In this document: positions 46,922 through 53,332 of the stretch, in pieces
Layout of the letters: each line of letters begins with the position of its first letter
How positions within the stretch are numbered: position 1 is the stretch's first letter
NCBI GenBank assembly: GCA_041648155.1
Contig: JBAZPL010000001.1
Location: forward strand, 1-53,332
Direction: 5' to 3'
From: Candidatus Krumholzibacteriia bacterium
Lineage (GTDB): Bacteria; Krumholzibacteriota; Krumholzibacteriia; Krumholzibacteriales; Krumholzibacteriaceae
Length of the DNA: 53,332 nucleotides
Program-made: the position numbers and the translations under genes
Notes under the pieces: generated by a model
Database searches by the model: none
What the model was told of the DNA's origin: nothing
The model's input: only the letters and a program-made list of their open reading frames with translations

Positions 46922-48154
46922 ATGAATATGATCAGGCGAGTATCGTTGGCGGCGCTCCTGGGCGCTGCTTTGCTCTGGACGGGTTGCGCAACGCCGTACA
47001 TGAAGGCACAGCAGGCCTATTTCAAAGGCGATCCGGCCACCGCGGAGATAGTGCTCGCGCCGGTAGCCCAGAAGGAAACAGAGAAGAACGGAAAATTGAA
47101 GAACCTCTATCTCTGGGATATGGGCATTTATCGGTTTTCGCAGGGCGATTACGACGGGGCTATTGAAGTATTCATGCAAAGCGTAAAGGATGCCGAGCGG
47201 ATCCACGATGCCGGCGAAACGATGGGAGCCGCTGTGACGAGCGCGGCAAGCCAGCAATATGTCGGGGATCCGGTAGAAATCAGCATGGCATACCTCTACC
47301 TCGGGACGTCTTACTTCATGAAGGGCGATTATCAGAATGCGCTGATTGGATTCAGACGCAGCATCGAAGAGGATCTCAGCAAGGATGAAGCGAGAAGAGG
47401 GGACATGGGAATCACGAACTTCTTGCTGGGAGAATGCTACTCTCGTACGGGCAACTTCGATGACGCAGTCGTGGCGTATCGGCGCGCAATCCAGCACGAA
47501 GAGAATCTGGTGCCCGCCTACGCATCCCTCTATTGGGCGCTCAAGAAACAAGGCAACGGATCGGACGTCGCCCGGATTCAGGAAGAGATCGAGAAACGAG
47601 CGGGCAAGGGATACCTCGAATCGATCGACGGCACCGCGGGGCAGGGGATCATCGTGGCGATGTTTGCCGGGCAGGCTTCCCGGGTGAAGGGGGACATGTT
47701 CCTGGGCGCATTCAGACAACGGGACGAATTCGGGTTTAAAGTCGCGAGTTGGGAGGCATCGATCAATCCGGCGGACCCGCATTTGGCCTTGTTCCCGACG
47801 GATAATATGCACGAGCATTTCAAGGATCAGGGGGGCATGGGGGATGAAGCGAAGAAGCAGGCTACGCGATTGGTGGCGTCAAAGGCAATGAGCGCCATAC
47901 CGATTCTCGGGCTTTTTGCGCCGAGCACAAAGGCGGATCTCCGCTTCTGGCCGACGCTCCCCGGAACCGTTCACGTCGGCTACCTTCCCACGCAACCAGG
48001 GAGCTATAATATCAGCGTGAAAGCATACGACAAGAATCAGAAGCCATTGAGCGGGTATTTTCAGACATGGGCGGGCGTTATCGTTCCCGAAAACAGGCGG
48101 GCGCTCGTGGTTTTGACTTCGTGGCGTTCCGCGAGTTACGAAAAAGCCCGATGA
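46922..48154 (+). CDS. TPR-containing lipoprotein of unknown function
   Basis: MNMIRRVSLAALLGAALLWTGC (lipobox), with GGAGGA upstream. TPR-like GDYDGAIEVF, GDYQNALIGFRRSI, GNFDDAVVAYRRAI. Confidence 0.7.
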   Translation: MNMIRRVSLAALLGAALLWTGCATPYMKAQQAYFKGDPATAEIVLAPVAQKETEKNGKLKNLYLWDMGIYRFSQGDYDGAIEVFMQSVKDAERIHDAGETMGAAVTSAASQQYVGDPVEISMAYLYLGTSYFMKGDYQNALIGFRRSIEEDLSKDEARRGDMGITNFLLGECYSRTGNFDDAVVAYRRAIQHEENLVPAYASLYWALKKQGNGSDVARIQEEIEKRAGKGYLESIDGTAGQGIIVAMFAGQASRVKGDMFLGAFRQRDEFGFKVASWEASINPADPHLALFPTDNMHEHFKDQGGMGDEAKKQATRLVASKAMSAIPILGLFAPSTKADLRFWPTLPGTVHVGYLPTQPGSYNISVKAYDKNQKPLSGYFQTWAGVIVPENRRALVVLTSWRSASYEKAR

Positions 48155-48196
48155 TTTCCTGAATGGATGAAGAGCTCACCGAAAGGAGATCGCCGT

Positions 48197-48646
48197 ATGG
48201 AGAAAAATGAAGGAGCACGGAGAACCTGCCGTTTCATTCTGTGGAGCGCGCTGATCTTCTCTTGCCTTGCGTTTCTTTCCTCCGGATGTGGTCCTTCGAG
48301 GCCGAGGGTCAGAGATACCAACACCGTGCTGGACAATGAAACGGTAGTTATGCTCGACACGTGGGCCGCTACGCAACTTGCCGGGCAGAAAGAATGGGTC
48401 GAGACGAAAAACGGGTTCATGGAACCGCATGTCATTCTCAGAAATAAGGGAGGAAAAACCCTCCACCTGGAAATACGGACCTATTTCAAGGATGCAAACG
48501 GCGGAACGATCGATACGCCGACGGACGTATGGGACCCGGTAACGGTCAATCCGCATGAGGATTATCACTATTGGAGACTGTGTCCGAACAAGAACGGCGC
48601 GAGCTACCAGTTTCATATCCGCCTCGGGAAAGAAGTGCACGAATAG
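48197..48646 (+). CDS. Small lipoprotein, tentatively YcfL-like (DUF1425)
   Basis: Lipobox LSSGC, with AAAGGAGA upstream. The all-beta C-terminus HLEIRTYFKDANGGTI...VTVNPHEDYHY...YQFHI resembles E. coli YcfL (HYRFYWYDARG...) as I recall it. Confidence 0.55.
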   Translation: MEKNEGARRTCRFILWSALIFSCLAFLSSGCGPSRPRVRDTNTVLDNETVVMLDTWAATQLAGQKEWVETKNGFMEPHVILRNKGGKTLHLEIRTYFKDANGGTIDTPTDVWDPVTVNPHEDYHYWRLCPNKNGASYQFHIRLGKEVHE

Positions 48647-48661
48647 TCGGGAGGCCATGCG

Positions 48662-49192
48662 ATGAAAAAAGCTCTAGTGAGAATGGTATGGGGCTGTGCG
48701 GCCGTCATGATCCTTGGCGGGCACGTCGCCGCCGAGAAGAGATTCGAGTTGGGCGCGGGGATCGCGAGTCCGGTGGGGAATTTCCAGGATAGCTGGAACA
48801 CGGGGCTGGGGCTGAACGGCGCCTTTCTGATGGAAATCACGCCATTCGTAAGCGGCGGATTCAGCGCAAGCTATAGCGCGCTGGGGTTTGATATCGATGC
48901 ATTGAAGGCGACAGCGAAAAACCCCGCGACGTACACTGCATTCGGGGGGGACGCTTCGATCATATCCTTGTGCGGAGAGCTACGTGCGCAGACCGGGGTG
49001 ATGGACAAAGCGGTTTTCTACGGGGGCGCCGGGATGGGGCTCTATGTGGTGAGCATTTCCGATATCACCTCAGGGGACCCCGGCGCTTTGAAAACGGAGA
49101 CATTCAAAACAAAGAACAGATTCGGCGGCTTTGCGAATGCGGGGTTTGCAATACCGGTCGCATCGATGATAAGGCTTGGCGCTCGAGCGTAG
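48662..49192 (+). CDS. Small outer-membrane beta-barrel protein (OmpX/OmpA-TM-like), ended prematurely by an in-frame TAG
   Basis: Signal peptide MKKALVRMVWGCAAVMILGGHVAA. Amphipathic strands RFELGAGIASP, GLNGAFLMEI, VSGGFSASYSAL, ASIISLCGELRAQ, VFYGGAGMGLYVV, FGGFANAGFAIPV. The frame stays open for 35 codons after the TAG (to TAA at 49298-49300). Confidence 0.7.
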   Translation: MKKALVRMVWGCAAVMILGGHVAAEKRFELGAGIASPVGNFQDSWNTGLGLNGAFLMEITPFVSGGFSASYSALGFDIDALKATAKNPATYTAFGGDASIISLCGELRAQTGVMDKAVFYGGAGMGLYVVSISDITSGDPGALKTETFKTKNRFGGFANAGFAIPVASMIRLGARA

Positions 49193-49343
49193 TACAATAT
49201 CTATTGGGCTCACGAAGGCGGCCAATCCGTCATCGGGAGCAGCGCAACAAGTTCGTTTCTTGCGGTTCAAGCGATGGTGATGATTTCCCTGGGCGGATAA
49301 ACGACAGAGAAGCCTCGACGAGACGGGAAGGCCTTATTGAGTG

Positions 49344-49377
49344 AAGCAGCCCCCGGGATATTCCCCGGGGGCTGCTT
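49344..49377. terminator. Bidirectional intrinsic terminator between convergent OMP genes
   Basis: AAGCAGCCCCCGGG-atattc-CCCGGGGGCTGCTT, a 14-bp perfect stem followed by TTCGGTTT. Confidence 0.75.
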
Positions 49378-49443
49378 TCGGTTTCGGAGGCCTTTCGCTT
49401 CTCGTGCCGGGTGCTCTCTCCGTCGGCCTGAGCGCGAGCGGCA

Positions 49444-50673
49444 TCACCGTATGGCCGCTTTGAGCGCGAATTGGATGCGCGTATCGTCGAAGGCCGTATC
49501 CGTTGACCTGAGCTCGTCGCCGCCGGCGATCCACCGATACGCGTACGTCGTCTTGAGCCGCGAGAGCTCGACCATCGCGGTGACGGTGCTCGTGAGATCG
49601 TACATGACGCTTGCGAACAAGTTCGAGTTCCTGCCGATGAAGCTCCTTACGTTGGGTTCGTTGGCGGGGATGACGAAGTCGTCGTCGTCGGGATTGTCGA
49701 CGCCGTAGCCGGCGTTGAGCCAGAGCCCATCGACGGGCCGGAAGGAAAGCTCCGCCCAGCCGCCGCGCGACCCGATCTCCTTCCACAACGGATTCACCGT
49801 CTGCCCGACGCCGCCGTAATAGGCGCCGAGGTTATCGCCGACGAAAAGCTCGCACGTGAGCTCCGTGCGATCGCAGGGCGCGAATCTGAGGTCGACGTTT
49901 CCGGACCACGACTCGACGCTCTTGGAGCTCCTCCCGGGCAGGTACTCTTCCGTGCCGTAGTGCCCCGAGACGCCGAGCTCCATGGTGCCCTTCTCGCGGA
50001 CCTTCGCCGACATCGCGAGCCTGCCCTGGAAGGTCGGAGCGCCCGAGTCGGCGCCGTCGTCGATCTTGTCGCCGTCGAGGTCGCCGCCGAGCGTGCGGAA
50101 GATGCCGCCCGTCAACGTAACCTTCCCATGATCGGACAGGTCCGCCCAGGTCGAGACCCGGAGCTGCGGCCTGCGGTAGCCGATGTTGCCCTGATCCCAG
50201 AGAACGGTGTAGTTCGCCGTTTTGGGAACGAGAGGCGAAATGATGTCGCTCGTCTGTCCGGCGAGCAGCGACCAGTGCCCTTTCGTGAGCTTCACGTACG
50301 CATGCCGGAGCATCGGCGCGGCCTTGTTTTCCATCGAGTTGAGGCTCGCCGGCGAAACGCCGAGCCCGTAGAAGTCGACTTCGAGCCGCGCGTCGGTCCG
50401 GATATCCTTCTCATTCCACATAAAATCGAGCCCGAAGCGGCTCTCTCGTGCCGTGATGCTCATGATGTCGTTATCGGACGCGTTGAGTGGGCTACGCTCC
50501 GAAACGTAGAGCGCGTAGTTGCCCGAGTTGACGCGGGTCTGGTCGTAGACGAAGTCAGCTTTGAAATAACCGCTGAACTTGAACGTGTACGCGGGCCCCG
50601 CATTCTCAGCCGCGGCCGATGCCGCGAAACAGCCGAGGGCGAGGAGTGCGAGCACAAGTGCCGTGCGTTTCAT
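49444..50673 (-). CDS. Porin-like outer-membrane beta-barrel protein
   Basis: Start MKRTALVLALLALGCFAASAAA, with GGAGG upstream. Alternating-strand pattern throughout, e.g. YTFKFSGYFKADFVY, LEVDFYG, WAELSFRP, RIQFALKAAI. The track start at 50757 is unsupported. Confidence 0.7.
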   Translation of the reverse strand: MKRTALVLALLALGCFAASAAAENAGPAYTFKFSGYFKADFVYDQTRVNSGNYALYVSERSPLNASDNDIMSITARESRFGLDFMWNEKDIRTDARLEVDFYGLGVSPASLNSMENKAAPMLRHAYVKLTKGHWSLLAGQTSDIISPLVPKTANYTVLWDQGNIGYRRPQLRVSTWADLSDHGKVTLTGGIFRTLGGDLDGDKIDDGADSGAPTFQGRLAMSAKVREKGTMELGVSGHYGTEEYLPGRSSKSVESWSGNVDLRFAPCDRTELTCELFVGDNLGAYYGGVGQTVNPLWKEIGSRGGWAELSFRPVDGLWLNAGYGVDNPDDDDFVIPANEPNVRSFIGRNSNLFASVMYDLTSTVTAMVELSRLKTTYAYRWIAGGDELRSTDTAFDDTRIQFALKAAIR

Positions 50674-50842
50674 GGGCGCCTCCTTGCGAGAGTTATTCGT
50701 GACGTCGGGGAGCCATAAATACACAGCCTGTTTAGGCGAACCGCGCGGGGATGTCAATTGTTTTCGTGAGTGCGCACGGCGGAACCGCGCGGGGCGCGCT
50801 TCCCCTTATGGAGCGGGCGCGTTCTGCGGGGTGCGCTTCCCC

Positions 50843-52390
50843 CTATGGAAAGGGAGCGGTTCTCCCGTAGAGCGACCATTTGCCGGCGGCCCTCTCGAGC
50901 GCGAATCCCTCGGGGGCGCTCCCGCCCCTGATCAGAAGGTAATCCATGTCGCGGTACCTGCCGTCGTAGGCGTTCCCTTTTCCGACCCACTCGAGATACC
51001 AGGGGATTGCGCGGCCGCCGGCGGTCTTTCGTATCGCGCTAAAACGGTACTCGGCGACCCTGGATGTTGCGATGCCTTTCTCCCATACGATGTAGTAGCT
51101 GGGGAAATGGATGAAGACCGTCCGTCCCCGGTATGCATAATCATAGACGAGCCCCGCGAGCTTCCCGTCGTTTCCGGAGGGGCGCAGAAAGGCTCTGTCG
51201 AAACCGGCATTCTCCTTGTTGAAATCGATAAAATAATCGGTCCAAAGGGCATAATGGAGGAGACTGATCGCGACGATGCCGGCGACGGCGGCTCGATGGA
51301 GTTTCTCCGGCGCGCGCATGCCCGCGTAGATGACGAGCGCGATGAGCAGGAGCGAGGAGAATCGTTCGTAGAGCACCGATTGGCGCGGGATTTCATTGGG
51401 CAGAAGCAGGCAGCAGAGAAACGCTCCGAGAATGAGCGGGGGCGGGAAGCCGAAACGCGTTCTTCCTGCCCGGATGCGGTCGCGAAAGAAAAGAACGACC
51501 GCGGGAACGACGATGCTCAGCGAAAACACCACGGCGATGAAATACCCTCTCGCCCCCACGGAGAGATGGTAGTTGTCGAAGAGAAAGATCGATTTCCGAT
51601 GAATGACCGACTCGAGATAGGAATTCCTATAATATTCTGAAAGAAACTGCAGGATTCCGGGACCGGGATAGCCCCTCATTTCTCCCCGCCACCATCCGGC
51701 AAGCAGGACGACGAGCGGCAGCGAGGCAAGAAGGCGCCCGGGCAGTGCGCGAAAAATCCGTCTGCTGTCGGGCGCCGGGGCCAGAAACGGGAGGAGGAGA
51801 CAAAAGAGCGCCGCGAGCAGGTGGACGAAGTATATGAAGACGAGGAAAGCGGCGGCCCAGAGAATTCGAGAGGCGCCCGCGAGCCCGCGCGCATCGAAGA
51901 TGAAAAAATAGCAAAAGAACAGCACGAGTGGAATCGCAAAGAAGAAGCCGACGAATCCCCAGCTCACGTTAAAGTTGTACAGGAGGAGAAAGGACAAAAG
52001 CGAGAACCAGGGATTGCCGCCGAGTTTCCTGATGATGAGATACACGGACACGGGGAGCAGGATTGCATAGAGCGCAAGGTATACCCTGTTGGCGAACTCC
52101 GGCGAGGGAAACAAAGCGAGGCTGCAAAAGATCGGGTGAAACGAGTTCGGCTTCAGAAAGACGTCGACGCTGTAATAGTCGGCAAAGCTGTTCGAAGGCT
52201 CTCCGATGTAGCGGACGATCGTCGCCGCGGCGAGATGATTGGGGATATCGGTGAATGGATAGAGACGGGTGGATAGGATGAGTATGAGGTGGAGGGCGAT
52301 GACTCCCATGAAGATCGCGCAGAAAAGACGCTTTTCGCGGGGAGTCGAAACCATCTTCACCTGTTTGTCCGCTCCCTGCTCACGAAACAT
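50843..52390 (-). CDS. Polytopic integral membrane protein of unknown function
   Basis: 515 aa with at least 10 hydrophobic segments and a soluble C-terminal domain of about 120 aa. The start is uncertain (ATG 52390 overlaps the nadA end; GTG/ATG near 52354-52360 are alternatives). Confidence 0.6.
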   Translation of the reverse strand: MFREQGADKQVKMVSTPREKRLFCAIFMGVIALHLILILSTRLYPFTDIPNHLAAATIVRYIGEPSNSFADYYSVDVFLKPNSFHPIFCSLALFPSPEFANRVYLALYAILLPVSVYLIIRKLGGNPWFSLLSFLLLYNFNVSWGFVGFFFAIPLVLFFCYFFIFDARGLAGASRILWAAAFLVFIYFVHLLAALFCLLLPFLAPAPDSRRIFRALPGRLLASLPLVVLLAGWWRGEMRGYPGPGILQFLSEYYRNSYLESVIHRKSIFLFDNYHLSVGARGYFIAVVFSLSIVVPAVVLFFRDRIRAGRTRFGFPPPLILGAFLCCLLLPNEIPRQSVLYERFSSLLLIALVIYAGMRAPEKLHRAAVAGIVAISLLHYALWTDYFIDFNKENAGFDRAFLRPSGNDGKLAGLVYDYAYRGRTVFIHFPSYYIVWEKGIATSRVAEYRFSAIRKTAGGRAIPWYLEWVGKGNAYDGRYRDMDYLLIRGGSAPEGFALERAAGKWSLYGRTAPFP

Positions 52391-53291
52391 CGAGCATCGC
52401 GAGGATCGCCCGGCGGGCGCGGTCGGCGACCGCCGGCGCGACGGCGATCACGGGCCCGAGCGACTCGAGCGACTGCGCGACCTTCTCGAGCGTGATCTTC
52501 TTCATGTTCGGACAGAGCGCGTGCTTCGTGGCCGCGAAGAACACCCGATCGGGGAATTTCTTCTGAAGGCGATGGACCATTCCCGTCTCGGTGCCGACGA
52601 CGAATTCGCGCGCGAGGCTCCTCTCGACGTAGGCGAGCATTCCCCCCGTGCCGAGCACGGCGTCGGCGATGGATGCGACCGCCGGATTGACCTCGGGATG
52701 CACCATGACGACGGCGCCGGGATGAATCCTGCGCTGCTCCTGAATATGCTCGGGATGTATCTTCTGGTGCGTGGGGCAGTAGCCCTGCCAGAGGATCAGC
52801 TTTCTTCCGGTCTGCTCGGCCACCCAGCCCCCGAGATATTTGTCGGGGCCGAAGATGATCGGCTTTCCCTCCGGCACCGCCTGAACGACGCGCATCGCGT
52901 TCGCCGAGGTGCAGCAGATGTCCGTTTCCGCCTTGACCTCCGCGGTGGAGTTCACGTACGTGACGACGACCGAGCCGGGATGCTTCTTCTTGAGCGCGAC
53001 GAGGTCCTCCGCGCGCATCATGTCGGCCATCGGGCAGCCCGCCTTCGGCTCGGGGAGAACGATCGTTTTCTCGGGAGAAAGGATGGCCGCGGTCTCGGCC
53101 ATGAAGTGCACGCCGCAGAAGATTATCACCTTCTCGCTCGCCGAGGCGGCGAAGCGGCTCAGATCGAGCGAGTCCCCGAGCCTGTCCGCGACGTCCTGGA
53201 TCTCGGGCGGCTGGTAATTGTGCGCGAGGATGATCGCGTCCCGCTCGGCCTTGAGCGCCAGTATCTTTTCGACGAGCTGTCGTCTCGGCAT
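52380..53291 (-). CDS. nadA: Quinolinate synthase NadA
   Basis: 303 aa. ILAHNYQ, GDSL, FCGVHFMAETA, CPMA, SANA, GYCPTHQ, HPE, GTE and ALCPNMK motifs, including the three Fe-S cysteines. Confidence 0.93.
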   Translation of the reverse strand: MPRRQLVEKILALKAERDAIILAHNYQPPEIQDVADRLGDSLDLSRFAASASEKVIIFCGVHFMAETAAILSPEKTIVLPEPKAGCPMADMMRAEDLVALKKKHPGSVVVTYVNSTAEVKAETDICCTSANAMRVVQAVPEGKPIIFGPDKYLGGWVAEQTGRKLILWQGYCPTHQKIHPEHIQEQRRIHPGAVVMVHPEVNPAVASIADAVLGTGGMLAYVERSLAREFVVGTETGMVHRLQKKFPDRVFFAATKHALCPNMKKITLEKVAQSLESLGPVIAVAPAVADRARRAILAMLDVS

Positions 53292-53332
53292 GAAGCTCCG
53301 TGGGCGTCCCGGGCGTCAGGACGAAGGCCCGG

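Noticed and set aside
49190-49192. TAG as pyrrolysine or a reassigned sense codon, prompted by the nearby MttB-family gene
   Set aside because: The MttB homologue has no in-frame TAG. Several well-defined genes (gyrA, hsp20, recF, the M49-like gene) terminate at TAG at the expected length. No pylTSBCD genes are seen. A nonsense mutation or error is more parsimonious.
50735-50842. Short direct repeats: gaaccgcgcgggg twice (50738 and 50782) and gcgcttcccc twice (50796 and 50833)
   Set aside because: They are 10-13 nt, GC-rich and few in number. This is within what chance and local slippage give in high-GC intergenic DNA, so I can attach no function. It is possibly a porin promoter or operator, but there is no evidence.

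Overview
This is the origin-of-replication neighbourhood of a high-GC bacterial chromosome; I cannot assign a lineage from sequence alone. I ran no BLAST or HMM searches, so every family call rests on motifs I read in the translations.

**Replication core.** On the minus strand the order is rpmH-rnpA-yidD-yidC-jag-mnmE-mnmG-rsmG, then a beta-helix lipoprotein, then parA-parB-M23 peptidase-bactofilin. On the plus strand the order is dnaA-dnaN-recF-DUF721(DciA-like)-gyrB-gyrA-hflX. Gene orientation flips at 26.0-26.6 kb. That stretch holds two perfect DnaA boxes and a roughly 12% GC stretch, so I call it oriC.

**parS sites.** Two perfect 16-bp parS palindromes lie between rsmG and the lipoprotein gene. 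They bracket an array of tandem and inverted repeats, and a relative of that array follows recF.

**Left flank.**
- a partial secreted Asp-rich protein that is absent from the supplied ORF track
- a SAM methyltransferase with no canonical start codon
- a five-gene, translationally coupled YbhGFSR-like ABC exporter
- PolX and Hsp20
- an exported TldD/PmbA pair

**Right flank.**
- a GT-C-like membrane protein
- M20 and M49-like peptidases
- a four-gene corrinoid operon
- a lower-GC envelope lipoprotein cluster (LpoB-like, TPR, YcfL-like, and an 8-strand OMP interrupted by an in-frame TAG)
- a porin-like OMP, a polytopic membrane protein and nadA

**Most interesting candidate.** The corrinoid operon encodes a B12-binding protein, a homocysteine S-methyltransferase domain, a MetH activation domain and a non-Pyl MttB-family methyltransferase. 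It looks like a disassembled methionine synthase in which a quaternary-amine methyltransferase has replaced the methyl-THF module.

**Shadow ORFs.** Many very long Arg/Asp/Glu/His-rich ORFs in the track run antisense to real genes. I reject them as high-GC shadow frames.
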